Shown: positions 41,790-56,220 of the stretch, piece by piece
Layout: every line of letters begins with the position of its first letter
Position numbering within the stretch: position 1 is the stretch's first letter
Assembly: GCF_009914755.1 (NCBI RefSeq)
Contig: NC_060926.1
Length of the DNA: 64,000 nucleotides
Direction: 5' to 3' (one strand)
Origin: the human T2T-CHM13v2.0 reference genome, Homo sapiens
Program-made: the position numbers and the translations under genes
The notes under the pieces: model-generated
What the model saw: only the letters and a program-made list of their open reading frames with translations
What the model was told of the DNA's origin: nothing
Databases searched by the model: none

Positions 41790-43334
41790 AGCTTCTTTTG
41801 TTTGTACATATTCAGAACAGCTGCTTCTTTTTGGTTGCTGGTGGCAGGGATATTATGGAGGTAACAGAGGCAAAGAAGCACCACTCTGACATGGAAAATA
41901 ATTTCCGTTGTCAGATTATTCTTGTTTAACTTGGTTTAACTTTATAGTAGGGTTAAATGTGGCATTTGAAGGTTGGTGAGTAACAACATCTTTTAAAACA
42001 TGGTGAATTCCAACAAGAAAAGACCAAGGTATTCTGTGATCTACAAAGTATCTTGTGCTAGCTTGAACAACAGACCTCCGCTCTCTTGCGGCCTTAAAAC
42101 TGGAAACGCTCCAGTTTATTTATGCACACAAATTGTATTGCAAGCTCCCTAGAAGGTATTTTTCTCAACAGGAGGAAAAAATACCTCTTCAAAATGCCCA
42201 CTTATCCCTGTATACCTTTCCAAATACTAATTAATTCCTCTAATTAGAGCTTTTTTTGGCTGCAACCATTTACAAAGTTGAGTTGCTGCATACAAACAAA
42301 TTTAATGAATATTCATAAACTAATAATATTCACTGAATTTACAGTCCTCTTGCCCACATACTGCTATTGCAACCGGCTTATAACAGCCTTCTATAGACTA
42401 TACTAAGGAAAGCCCATCTCCAAGGAAAAGGTAGAGAAAAATACAGTTTTATTTTAAGGAACAGACCACCTACCAACTGAATTGTATATACTATAGCTTA
42501 TGTATATACATATTCTATATATAGTTTATATATATTATGCATACATATATATGTTAGGTTATAAAATACATGCATATGTGCACATATATGCATATGTATA
42601 TATATAAATGACATGGAATAAAATAGAAACTCAAGGGGTTAAAAGTTTTGAAGCAAAACATTAAAAACGGCATCTGCAGGTTGAACAGTCAAATTTTGTA
42701 AACACACAAACTTAGGATGCAAATAAGCAAATCAGAAGGCACAGCTGTCCTTATAAACAAATTAATCTTGAACATAGGTGTATAATCATGTTTTTAACCC
42801 TTTGGGATTTTTAGAATGGTACAATACAAAAGCAAAGCGATGCTCTTGATTTAAAATTTAAATTAATTCACCATTTGTCCAACTAGGAGCTTTTAAACTT
42901 TAAATTTTTAGTAACATTAATGAAACAATTGGCTGGTTTAATTTGGAAACTGCAGCTATTCACAGATGCTACATCGTAAGACTGAGTACATGGGAATTTG
43001 ATTACATATTTGCCTGATAATTCTCACATCAATCCACTCATCCCTTTACTTTATAAAATCTGAATGAACTTATTTTGATGATTCAAAATTTGAAGTAATT
43101 TAGAGAACAGTAGAGATGTTTAAATTATTTAATTAAAATATAGAGTTCCTGAACATTACTCTTGGATATAATATATATACATATTTACATATATATATAC
43201 ATTCATATATATACATATTTTCTTTAATATTTCAAATACAAAGCTTTTATATTTATACTTATTTCAGTTAACTATAAACTATTAAAGATGAGATTTACAG
43301 TCTAAAGCCAAGCACAAGTGTTCCAATATCTCTG

Positions 43335-43455
43335 CTTTCAGATTGTATGCTTTGGGTCAAACGTCTAACCTCTTTGAGCATCCGTTTCATAAACTGTAAA
43401 ACAATGATACTAACGTCTTTGAGATAATGGCTTTGAGAAATCAATTAAGATGGCA
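43335..43455 (+). mobile_element. MIR fragment
   Basis: 'ctttgggtcaaacgtctaacctctttgagcatccgtttcataaactgtaaaacaatgatactaac'. Confidence 0.75.
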
Positions 43456-43589
43456 GAAATTCATCCTGAAACTGTGACTATTATATGATTCGGATAGAAT
43501 AATACACATTATGAGAAAGTAATGTTTTGTTTTTCATCTCATGAATCTATTTATTTTCACCTCTTCTCTTCCTCTTATGTTCTTGTGTA

Positions 43590-44480
43590 TTATCAATATG
43601 TTGAAGACATCTATATTTCTAAATATACTCTTGAATTTTCTTCCAGGCTCCAGACTTGAATTTCCCAAATATTTGCAACTAACGTCCCACTAGTTATCTC
43701 AATTGCACTGGACCCAGATCTGAACAATTCATCACATCTTCCTAAAAAATTTCTCCTCACTGTCATACTTTTGGTAAAGGCATTACCTTTCTTCTAGTTT
43801 CTATGGTCTGGTCCAAAAATCTTAGACTTGCCTTTTCTTCCTATCCAGGTGATGGTTATGTTTTATGCCTCTACAACTTGGTACAATCTCATGGATTTGA
43901 GCTCTCATTTTCATTCTCATTCACCTCTGGTTGAGATAATCATGAATTCTTGCTTAGACTATTGTAGTGTCTACAGATCTCCAATTTCCCCAACATTCTG
44001 CAGACCATTTCCATTTTCTGAAGCACATTACTGGCTCCTTGAAATATTTTATGGTTTCCGGCTTCTAAATGCAAAACTAAAACTTCTTAGCTTGACTCTC
44101 AGGGAACTTCATGATCAAAATCCACTCTACATGTTATTGTTATTTTCATTGCTCTTATGAAATGAAATTTCTCATGATTCCATAATATTATTCATGTATT
44201 TGCAACTTGGCTTTTGTGAGTCTATATTTACTCTGTTTCCCTCCTTTGTGTAGGTTTCCTCTATCCCAACTTCTAGATGTCAAATATCACTTTAGCCATG
44301 AAACTTTCCTCAGTTTCCTCCCTCCATGTTAAGGTACACCTGGTTGCCCCTTTCTCTGAAGTTTACATTTGGATTTGCATCATTCTTATTTTTATACATT
44401 TTTATTGCCTCTACTAGATTTTTTGGTATGTTATTTATTTAATTTAGAATTACTATAACAGCTATTATAATAAACTTTAA
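43590..44480 (+). mobile_element. L2 fragment
   Basis: Pyrimidine-rich L2 pattern: 'ggctccagactt', 'tcttgcttagactattgtag', 'aaactaaaacttcttagcttgactctcagg'. Confidence 0.65.
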
Positions 44481-44779
44481 TATGAAAAGTATTCCAAATG
44501 AATAAAATTTCTACAAATTTAAACAATTTACATGTGACTGCCTATAACTTTTTGATCTATTAATAGTCTCAGAGTGAAAGTTGGATTTTTTTCCTAGCCT
44601 TTTATCTGATCTCATATTTTTATATCTTTAGACTATCTCCATTTGAAAGCTTTATAAATAGCTTTAAATTATTGTTATAATACTATGTAGTTCACAAATA
44701 AAATTATTGCCAGAGTACACCTAATGGATAGTATTTGCTCTTAAAAAGAAATGTGCGTGAAAGAACACAATCCCTTTCT

Positions 44780-45040
44780 CTTTCTCAAGGCAACAGACGC
44801 ATGAGAGTGAGGTATTTATCTGAGGGCGATTGAAGTCACCAGCTTAACAGGTAAGCCTACAGGCTAAGGCAGAAAAGTATAAAGATAAGAAGAACCTAGA
44901 TCCATCGTGCCATAGTTGATCTGTTGAATTACCACTGCTGAATCTGTTCTACCTCCAAACATTTTGTTATATAAGATGATGAATCTCATGTTGTATAACC
45001 CTCTTGTAGTTAGATTTTCTGTTATCCTAGGCCAAAAATA
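44780..45040 (+). mobile_element. MLT1-like LTR fragment
   Basis: 'gaagaacctagatcc...ctacctccaaacattttgttat...gttagattttctgtta'. Confidence 0.55.
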
Positions 45041-46054
45041 TCATAAAGAATGGCACAGACATTTAGAGAAATGAGTTGAGGACAGACCATGAGGTCCCAG
45101 GGAGAGAGAAAGAGATAAAGAGAGTAATGTAGACTTTTTAATTTTTTATGAGGTAAGCTATACTTTTTTATTTTTGATTACTCATTAAGGAATTTTCCTG
45201 TACCCTCTAAAATATATCCCTATTTATTTGTATTAGTAAACAGTTTTCAGGTTCTTGTATCCAAATGATCTCTAAAAAAGACAACATATATTATCACATT
45301 CAATCCCCATGACAATAACTCTGTAAGTTAAACATATCTTTTTGCTCCAATTAATTCAGTATTGTACATTTTCTCCTGTTGGAGTATTTATTGAATCTCT
45401 TCCTTTTTCTCCCTTTTTCCATTGGCCACAAGTATTAAAGTCAAGTGACCACCAGATCAGCCAGCTCAGATATATTTGGAAACACATCAATCTATTTTAA
45501 ACTTAAGATACTGAAAGCCCCATTTGAACACACAGAATCAATAGTGGAAGCCAATTAGGAATACAGTTCAAGTAAATATAACTAGCTTTTACATCTCTAG
45601 CATTTTGCTCCCTCTTTCTTTCTCCCACTTCAACAAATTCAATGCATTAAACATTCATTTAATGTGTACCAATGTGAATATGATATCATCCCTGTGTTTG
45701 AGAATCTTATACAGCGGAGGAAATAGACATATATAACTCAGAGAAGAAAAACAAAAAGGTCTAGTTTCCACTTTTTCCGTAAAAAGGAAAAATCCTACAC
45801 ATGGCTAACCTAATCTCTCTCCTTGAAGCTTTGCACCCATCTTTTCCCAAGTACCCAATTGTTGCAAAGTTTCACCTCAAATGATAAGTTCACCTCAATC
45901 ATGACAGTGATCTTTAAACATATTTTGTAGAACGGTAGTTGTTTAATTTTTATACCATGTCAGAATTCTTCCTAGAGCAAAACATGGCTGTATTTCCTTA
46001 AACAAGATAATTTGTAACTGTCAAATGATAGACATAATCTGTCCTCCAATATCA

Positions 46055-46531
<477 letters not shown>

Positions 46532-47559
46532 TCAACATTTTTAAAACCTATGAAATAGCCTGTCATTTTGTAGCTGGCATCAAACTTTAGCTTATCATAA
46601 GCAGTGTTATCAAAAAACAGTACTTAGGATAAACCTTTTCTGAGGAAGATCAGTATTTCATAAATGTTTACAACCTTATTATTATCCATTGTTTAAAATA
46701 AAAATAAAATGATATGATAAACGGGATTGTCTTTCTCTTAAAATTACAAACACAAAAAATATTTTTATCACTGCTTTCACCAGTTGTGACAATTTATTTT
46801 CAACACTCATACTTAGTATTTTATGATTTTTTTTCTGGTAATAAAATCATTGTTTGTTAAAGAAAATAATTTGAGGTGCTATTTTAATTGAACTTCAGAG
46901 CTCCAGTGTCATGGATTAGTGATTTCTTTTTTGGGAGAGTAAGTTCAAGGGATATACCATGAAATACAAATCTATGAAAATTCATATAAAGCCTTTCAGA
47001 TCAGGAAAAGAAACTTTCTACACTTATGTCAATGTCCTTATTATAAATTATTATTTAAAATATATTCTTAGGTCTATTTTCACTTTAAGCTTATTTTAAA
47101 CTTGAGTCATTTAAACTTGTATTATTTAAACATTTTATTTTCTTTACCTCATTGATTTTATTACTTGCTTTTATAATGATTAGCAAAACATGGGTCAGAA
47201 GTGGAGAGATCTTATATCCTCAACAGGGAAGGGAGAGAAAGAAGGAATTGGATAGAAACATTCATTTCTGTGTTGCTTATGCAAAGAATTTCATTCTGGG
47301 AGTGGGATTATCAGAATGGTAGTATTTGATTGTATTTTACAACTCTTATCCTGTGTGGAGGGTGGGTAACTGTAGGTTTCTTCTAACTTAGAGCCATAAG
47401 ATTTTGGGCCAAATGTACCAAGAGCAAGTCTGTTCCCAAGATGAACTGGCATGTGGATGCTCTGGGCTTGTGTGTGGTAAGAAGTCATCAGTAAATATAT
47501 TTCTTTAACTATAAATTCAGTGGAAGAATATTGCCCTCAAAACAAACTTTTTATCACAG

Positions 47560-48130
47560 AAAATTCTGAATATCAAAATTTATAAAAAAGAAAACTAGTG
47601 TATAATTCTACCCCACTGAAATAATGATTATAAATATTTTGGTGTCTTTCGAGTCTCCTTTGTTTACGAATGTGTATGCATCCACACTTGTTTCCTGGAA
47701 TAATTTTATAGGCATCACTTCAAGGGCAATTAATAATGATATTAATTTTCTATAGACACTTTAATAGTAGCACAATATTTTATATGTACAATCTGTAACT
47801 TAATATTCTCTCATGGATCATTTAAATTACAAGATGTTAATTTGTATAAATAAAACAGTGATGAGCAGCATTGTACACAAATTTATGTGACCCTTGAAAT
47901 AATTTTTTTGAATATAATTTTTGAAAGAGGAGTGAATGAACATTCGAAAGCTCTTAATACATATAACCATATTGTTTGCTAGAAATACACTACTCTCCTA
48001 CTGCATGCCTTCTCTATATCAGGGAATATTATCTTTTCAAAAAAATGAACTAGTTTAGTAAAAAAAAATTATCTGATTGTGTTAGTCTGTGTTTCTTTAA
48101 CAGTGAGTCTAGTTTTAATTTGAACTATAT
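47560..48130 (-). mobile_element. Old L1 3' region (L1ME-like)
   Basis: 'ataaataaaacagtgatgagcagcattgtacac', 'tatgtacaatctgtaacttaa'. Confidence 0.55.
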
Positions 48131-48699
48131 TGTACTTTTCATTTCATTATCTTTGTATTATACATAATGTATTTGAATTTTAGAAATTACACTGCCATTG
48201 TGACTTGTTCTTTGTTGCACAAAATACTTTCCTCTTATTGTCTACCATGCTTCTCTTTCTACTCACATGTTACCCTTTGAGGAGGCATTGATGAGTTGTG
48301 GTTTGGGGCTACGGAATAGAAATTGAGTGTAAATGATGCTTTTAAAAGAGTAGCCATCACATTTAAAAGTCAAATGGATATGGATAAAATGAATAATCAA
48401 AGTAAAAAACTGATTATAAAAGGAAAGAATGTAGAGCTATATAACCAGAGAATGCAAAGAAAAGGAAAAAAACTAATAGATTTTTAGGACCAAGATGATT
48501 ATACTTTTTAGGCATTCATTTGCATTGTGTACCAGAAAACTCTTTGACCTCCTTGATGTCCATTAAGTTGCTGCTATACAATTTCATTTTCTTGTTTTTA
48601 ATAATAACTACTACAAAATGCTAAAATATCCATAGTGGCATAAGTGAATATAGACTTGCTCTATACTGTGTAGAATAAAGTGCATGTTGAGAGTGGATT

Positions 48700-48915
48700 C
48701 AGCATACAGATCAACAGTGTGGATGCCAGTTTTAAAGTACCTAGGCACATGCCTTGGCTCTGCTCTTTACTAGCTATGTAAACTTGGGCAAGTTATTTAA
48801 GCAATCTATGCCTGGTTTTCTCATAGGAATATTGTGAGGATTACAGAGTGAATACATGGACTGTGCATGAAACAACATCTGGCTCATAAGCAGTCCACAC
48901 ATATTGGCTGTCAAT
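48700..48915 (+). mobile_element. MIR, near full length
   Basis: 'ggctctgctctttactagctatgtaaacttgggcaagttatttaa...ttgtgaggattacagagtgaatacat...tggctcataagcag'. Confidence 0.85.
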
Positions 48916-50017
48916 TATTAGTAAAGCTAGTAAAGTATGAAAAGAGTACACATTTACAAAAATAAGCTATGAATATACCGTTCTCTCATTTATTTAGCAG
49001 GTATTTATCAAGTACATACTACATTCCACATCCATTGTGTGGTGCTAGGAATATAAATGATCCCTTCCTAGTGAACCTTCTCTACCTACATGTAGCCTCT
49101 GGATGGGAGGCTTCATGTAAGTATTACATGTACACAACCCCATGTGCTCATCTTCAAGTCGAGGGAGGCCAATCATTGGCCAATACAAACGATCTGGGCC
49201 AAATCAGTTTCTCTCTGTTAAGTGTAGTTAAAATAGTGCAAGACTGAATTGGTTATCTTTTGGGTGTTCAGCTGAAAAGACATATTGATTTGAAGACTGT
49301 ATTTTGGGCCAAATATAAGTCAAAAAATAGTGGTAGAGACAGACAAAAAGAGAGGAGAAAGATGCATTGGAGAAAGGAAGGGAAGGGAGAGGACAAGAGA
49401 AAGAAAGAGAAGGAGAGAAAGGAGAAAGAGGAGCTATTAAGGAGATGCATTGGGAGAGGGAAGAGAGGAAAGAGCTTCAGATCATGTAGTCTCTAAAAGA
49501 GACAGTAGCTCAGTCTAGGACTTTATGATTCCTAATTTCCCTTCCAGGGGACCTGACTGTACTGCATTCCATAATCTTAAAAGGCAATGGGATTTTCTCT
49601 CATATCTTTATAATATCTGCTCTTCTCCCACTCATTTTTACCTGAGATATTAGGTATATTTCTGCTTCTCATTCCCCATGGAGCTTTAACTGGAGTAATG
49701 TAGAGAAGATGAACATGAAGTAACTTTCTGGCTTGGGTAGAGATTGGTCATGAGACCAGTGTTCTTAGACTATAAGAAGTTTCATATATAAGCCCTCTAA
49801 CAACTTTTAGTTCTTCTTCACTCTTTCCCTGTTCTCAATTCTTTGTTACTAGAGTTGGTACTTGGAGTTCAGTGCCCATTCACCATCTTTGACTAGTACA
49901 TAAAGGCTGTGATTTAACATCAATAGAAACTCTGAGAGAAGTGTTCCAAAATTCCTAAAGGGTTTCCTGGAATCCCTAGGATTATTCTGCTGTTTGACAA
50001 GTACCACCAGTATAGTA

Positions 50018-50356
50018 CAGACATAACTCGGTATCCATGGAAGATTGGTTCCAGGAACCCCCACAGATAACCAAAATCCAAGCATGCTCAAGTTCTTTAT
50101 TAAATGACAAAATATTTACACATGACCTAGGCATATCCTGCTGTTTACTTCACATCATCTCTACATTACTTATAATACTGAATACAATGTAAATGCCATA
50201 TCAATAATTGTTATATGGTATTGCTTAGGGAATGATGACAAGAGCAAAAAGTCTGTACATGTTTAGTACAGACACATTCTTTTTATTGTCAATATTTTTG
50301 ATCTGCAGTTGGTTGAATCCATGGATGCAGAACCCACTGATACAGAGTGCTGACTG
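50018..50356 (+). mobile_element. MER2 (TcMar-Tigger MITE), full length
   Basis: 'cag...ctcggtatccatggaagattggttccagga' to 'gatacagagtgctgactg'; terminal inverted repeats and TA TSD (50016-17 / 50357-58). Confidence 0.92.
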
Positions 50357-50414
50357 TACTTTCTACTTATGGTAGTAAAAGTGTAAGAGTAAATATTGAA
50401 GTTGAGGAGACGAA

Positions 50415-50650
50415 TATATGTTGAGCATCTCCTATATAAGCCAAGCACTATGCTAAGTGCTTTACATATACTCACTGTATTACAGTATCTCATTTTATTC
50501 TCCTAACAACCTTGTGAGGTTTTCATCATCCTCATTATACAAAGAAGAAAACAGAAAGACCCAGCAAAGTGAAGCACTTACCAACAGCCTTATGGCAAGT
50601 AACAGGGCCAAGATTTCAATCAAGGTTAAAATACATGACTCTGACTATGC
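50415..50650 (-). mobile_element. MIR
   Basis: 'gccaagcactatgctaagtgctttacat...ctaacaaccttgtgagg...cctcattatacaaagaagaaaacag'. Confidence 0.85.
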
Positions 50651-51139
50651 CATAAGAAAGAGAATACTATATACTTTATTTGGTCCCTTGTGTGAAACAA
50701 GGCAAACTATTGATATAAATTGAACTAACAGTAATTGCATTATCAAATTGAATGTAATAAGTTGAAGCAGATTTTATATAATTTATAAGACTGGTTATTA
50801 TCATTTGTTTTTTTAAAAAGGCTAACTTTGTCCAATATGGTGACACTTTTTGGCATGCGTGTGGTAAATGAATGATTCTCCAAATAATAGCAATTCAATA
50901 AAATTTAAGTTCCTATCTTGAATACAAAGATGGGAAAAACAGAGATCCTTCTTTCTAAAAAAATGAGGCTTTGTAGAAAAAATTGTCTAAAGAGCCATAA
51001 ATCAAAGGAAAATGGGAATTTCTCTTTATTGGAAGTCAATTTATTTTCTAGAACTAATCTCAGTGCTCTATATATACATTTTTTCATTTCATCTTTGTTA
51101 CAATGAAGTTGATATTATATTATTTATCTGATAAAGAAA

Positions 51140-51260
51140 TTGATATGTCAGTCTCTTAAGGTTAAGGATTTTTACCTGTTTTATTCATTTCTGTTTGTCC
51201 ACCATCTTAAATTGTAGTAGGCAGATGGGAGAGTCTCCATAAATATATTTTGAATAAATG
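51140..51260 (+). mobile_element. L2 3' end
   Basis: 'aggatttttacctgttttattca...ccataaatatattttgaataaatg'. Confidence 0.6.
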
Positions 51261-52041
51261 GAGAATTAGAGAAGCTCATTAAACTGTCAAGTAATGCAAT
51301 CTATAAACAGCGTCTTGGGTTACCAGACAAGTCTAAATTCAAATCCTTTATCTTCTCATTACTCTACACTGTGAGGGGCAGAACTATGTATATTTTTCCT
51401 GATCTTATTATCAGTGCCTGCACAGAACCTGGCACACGGTAGATAAGCATTGAATGTTCTTGAATAAATAATCTCACAAGGTTCTTCACTATATGCAATA
51501 AATATCAAAAGGTATATTTTATCATGTGATTTTAATACTTTTTACAATTATTAAATCACACAAAAAGAGATGATAGAGAATAAATGGGTGTGATTCACAT
51601 TTACCTCATTATGAAACTGATATTTTAGATATTTTCATTTTAAACTAATGTACATACTATCAGACATCACTGCATAGCATGATATTCTGAAATAGAACTG
51701 ACCTGTGTCTACTTACAGTAAATTTATTCATTGAGTTATACGCATTTACTACTTGGCCAATTATTGACCCATTGAGTCTACACCCTTTAGTGGAGAGGAA
51801 CAAATTCTTTTTTTTTTTTTTTTGTCTTTCTGAGGGGTTCATCTGCCTAGGTCATTCAAACGCAATTTTAGTGAAATCCAAAAAAAACTTTATTGTAATT
51901 TTAATTACTTATCAACTGTTATAATATTCAGTTTAATTTGTTTAGTTTTGTTGGCAAAAATTATGGCAAAAAGTATTTTTTCCAAAAGTTGTAGGAGAGC
52001 TTTCACCTTAAGAAAAACGACAGCATTTAAGCCAGTCTTAA

Positions 52042-52341
52042 TTTTTTTTTGTTTTTTTTGTTTGTTTGTTTGTTTGTTTTTGAGACAGAGTCTTGCTCTG
52101 TTGCCCAGGCTGGAGTACAGTGGCGTAATCTCGGCTCACTGCAACCTCCACCTCCCAGGTTCAAGTGATTCTCTCACCTCAGCCTCCTGAGTAGTTGGGA
52201 CTACAGGCACGTGCCACCAAGCCCAGCTAATTTTTGTATTTTTAGTAGAGACGGGGTTTCACCATGTTGGCCAGGATGGTCTCGATCTCTTGACCTCATG
52301 ATCCACCTGCCTCAGCCTCCCAAAGTGCTGGAATTACAGGC
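52042..52341 (-). mobile_element. AluSc with (TTTG)n tail
   Basis: 'ggccaggatggtctcgatctcttgacctcatgatcc' (Sc diagnostics). Confidence 0.93.
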
Positions 52342-53129
52342 GTGAGCCACCATGTCCAGCCCTTAAAAATTTATATACATCTTTTTATACGCGTGCACAC
52401 AATATTATACTCTTTCCTATCCTGTAAGAGCTAAGTTGTTATATGTACTTCTTGTTATAACTTCTGAATAGTTGCTCACACACTTCTTTCCACTTTTTAA
52501 TCCAAATGCCATTTCATTTTTATCCCCCTTTTGGTACCCCACTTATAACAGCATCCAAACTGTCTTGGGTTGATAACGTCACCTGGTGGTAGTACACTGT
52601 CTGAGCCAACCACGCTCCCTCATGGTCTCTTCCCTCTCAGAATAATTTTGCTCAACTCCGTGTCATTGTACATAACCACTGGACACAGTAATTATCTCAC
52701 TTTAATTAATCTCTCTCTTGCATGTGTTCAGACATCCTTTTAAATCCTCTTACTTTTCCCCCTCTCAATTGCCTCCACTTCCTCAAGGTACATGTGTGTT
52801 TTCTCCCTTAGTCTGCTGCAATTGAGTTTTAACAAAAACTTTCTAATGCATGATCAATTGGTATAGCAAGAATGTTAGTGGTGCAAATGGATTCAAGGAG
52901 GTGGAAAATACAAAGTTAAATCATTTGCTTATGAATTATGAATTTGATAAAGAAGAACAAAATTCTTCTTGTCTCTCTTCCTTGTTGCCAGAAAAGTAAT
53001 TCCCTTCCTTAAAGGTAAAAATAGTCAGTAGTAATCCACAGACACAGGCATAAAGATGTTATTTTCCTCCACAAAAAAACTGTAGCCTATTACTCAAAGC
53101 TTTCTGCATCTCCTTTCATTTCCTCGATG

Positions 53130-53420
53130 ATATATCTTAGTGATGTTTTCAGGTAAGTACACAAAAGTATATCTCATTCTTTTTTAAGGGCTGCATTGTA
53201 TTTTACTGCATGATTGTGTCATTTATGCAACACATTCTCTACTGAAGCATTTGTAGGGATTTTTTCCTAATCATTTACTACCACTACAAAAAGTGATGCA
53301 CTGAATAACAGCGTGCCAGCCAGTGCTAGGGTAGTTGTACAATCAATATCTAGAAACAGAATCCTTGAGTTCTAAGGGTAGGGGCAGAAAATATTATTAA
53401 AGATAACAACCCAGTGCCCT
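53130..53420 (-). mobile_element. Old L1 3' fragment (L1ME-like)
   Basis: 'ctcattcttttttaagggctgcattgtattttactg', 'gatgcactgaataac'. Confidence 0.55.
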
Positions 53421-53894
53421 ACGTTTTGTGACAATGTCCAAACACAACTTTTAGACTCTGCAAAATCGTTTTTATTTACCCTCTTATATTTTCCTAATTG
53501 AACTAATTTTTTCTCAAGCATGGAGACACACAGCCCCCATGTCTAACCTTATGTAAAGTTAGTTACGTGTAAAATGTGTTAGAGTTCCAAACAATCGACT
53601 CAACAACTTTTAGGATAGAATGTACTTATAAGTATGAGATTTCTTGCAGTAGACATTATTTTGACTGGTTTCTAAACAAAAATTACTCAATTCGAAAAGT
53701 ATACTGTTTAGAGTATGATTTGATCCCTTTTAAGGTTGGAACAGCTGTCACATAAAAAGACTGTAATAAACTGGTAAAATGATATAACGTTAAATTGCCA
53801 TCATTGTTTAATTTAAGAGATAATTCACTAGAGATTATATCCTATTGTATATATCCAAATATGGCCATTTACATATCCAATCTATATTGTATAG

Positions 53895-54240
53895 AATCAG
53901 AATTTTATAGCTGAAATGGAGATTAAAGATACTCTATTTTAATTTTTAATTATATTTCTGAGGAAACTGAGAACCAGAGGTTTGAAGTATTATATACCAA
54001 GTGTATATTCACACTTATAAATAATGATATTGATAATAACATGAATTCAGTTTGCATTTTGTCTTCAGCATTGTGCTAAATGTTTTGTATGTATTAGCTC
54101 ATCTCATCCCCATAAAAGCCTCATTTGATAGCATCTATTATTATTAATTTTTTTTTTAGTTTAACAGATGAAACTAAGAGAAATAAAAAAAAATTCACAA
54201 TGTCAGGCTGCAGTAAGCAATAAGGCCAGAGACTGAATTC
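53895..54240 (-). mobile_element. Two MIR fragments
   Basis: 'tgaggaaactgagaaccagagg'; 'gcattgtgctaaatgttttgtatgtattagctcat...ttaacagatgaaactaagag'. Confidence 0.7.
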
Positions 54241-54964
54241 TTCAGGTTGTTTATTAACATTCATTTACATGTTTATTAAATCCCTATGTTTATTAACCAA
54301 ATCCCTATGTTTATTGGCTTTCAACTTTATTTATGCATATTCTGATAATCTAAGAGAATGAAAACAAATACACCTAGTGGAAGAGAATGAGGAAGGTAAA
54401 AATTAGATTGAAAGTTGAAAAAAAATGAAAGTAGTAACAGGGGAGACAGCAGTGATGTGGTAAGTAAGTAAAGGTGTTTTTGGATTTCATTACATATATT
54501 ATACTTTTTTGAGCATGGGGTCCTTAAAGATTAGTGTCTACATATTGACATGTAAGAAATTAGCAAATAAATCTAGATACTTGGTTTTAAACTGTCTTTC
54601 CTTCAAGTCACTAAGCTCAATCCTTAATGTTTCAGGGGGTCAGTTAGAAAATGATTAATTCAAGACTTCAAGCAGAGAACACATTGCTTAAAATGTCTGA
54701 GAAAATTTGCTTTAGTGACCGACTATTTCAATACCCTGCACAAAAGAAATTATGAAGCTGGATAAATTCAATGAATATTTCTTCACATTGCAGGTCTCCT
54801 CACTGGTGAGATGAAAATCACGATGAAAAACTGACTGGAATTTAGGTTTTTCTAGTGTTATTAATTTTGAAATATGGCATTTAAAATTAGACCTTGCATT
54901 CATGACACAAAACCCATGCATAATTCTTATAAATAGATCAAATGATTTTGTAACTCTATTTTAT

Positions 54965-55550
54965 TAAATACATTCAACACATACTTGTAACATTGCTACT
55001 GGCTTTTGTCCACCCTCATATGCCATACATGGCAGTAAACAAAACAGATGAAATTCTCTCTGCTTACTGAACTTATGTCCTAGTATGCGAGAAAAGATAG
55101 CACACAAAATACATATGTAATATATTGTTCATAGATAATGAAAAGGACAATGGAAAAAAATAAAACAGGAAGGGTGAAGAGGAAGTAAGGGGCACAGTTT
55201 TAAATAAAATTGTCATGAAAGGCTTTTCTGAGAAGTCGACATTTGAAGAAAGACCAGAAAAAGGTGATGGAATGAGTCATGTGGCTATTTTGGAGAAAGG
55301 CATTCCAGGAACAGCAAGTGCACAGGCACTACAGCAGAGCATGTCTGACATTTTCAAGGAACAATGAGAAGGCCAGTGTGGCTGGAGCTGAGGGAAGGAG
55401 AGAGAAAAGTTTGGGAGACAAGACCAGAGACCAAATAAAGAGTCCAACCTTCAAACTTCGTGGGTCATTGTAAGAACTTTGGCTTTAATAATGAGGATAG
55501 AAACAGAGCCACCAGAGAGATTTAATGAAGAAGAGAAAACATCTGAGTAT
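54965..55550 (-). mobile_element. L2a-like fragment
   Basis: 'cattcaacacatactt', 'gcagtaaacaaaacaga', 'gcattccagg', 'aaggccagtgtggctggagc', 'gtaagaactttggcttt'. Confidence 0.85.
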
Positions 55551-55639
55551 CAAGAAAAGCAATGATTCTGAGCATGTTTCTGTTGCACTATTCTGAAAAT
55601 AAAGTTAAATAGCTTCAAAGGGACGCTGAAGCATCCTCA

Positions 55640-56220
55640 CCAAGGCCATCCATGGAACAGGCATCAATAGCCTGTAGGATGGAGCACTGTATATCTGGTT
55701 AAGCTGGAAATCATGTTTCTCGAAATCTCCTCCCCTTCAAATTATTATAAGTTGACAATAAGAGCAGCATATGTGAGATTGGGGAGGTGAAAGTGGAGTA
55801 GTTGAGTAGCAATTAGTCTCTGAGGGTCATCACAGTCAGATGCTGTGATGGACAGATGCAGAGACACCTGGTGGGTCCTAGCCTGTCCTAACTCTTCACT
55901 ATGCATCCAGCATCTTTCTGTTATCCAACAGTGGCTAGGCCCACCACAAAGTCTTTCACTGTGGAGCCACAAAGGTAATAACATATCAGAAGCAACAGTT
56001 TCCTACAGACGTCTCTACAAGCTTTCCTTGGCAGACCCATCTGGTAGCTGGATCTGCTTGGTTTCTTAGACTGCTTTTCTGACAATCCAACTATGATAAT
56101 AGTTGGGCTTCATTTTCATGTCCCCTTCCACAGTTGTGTAAGATATAATTGTGATAATAAATTCCTTATCCCATGACACTCATTAGTGACTCCCCCTGCT
56201 TGGACCTGCCTGAAATAGTG
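55640..56220 (+). mobile_element. ERVL-class solo LTR (LTR41/LTR52-like)
   Basis: 'aagctggaaatcatgtttc', 'tcccttccacagttgtgtaag...aataaattccttatcccatgacactcat...ctgaaata'. Confidence 0.65.
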
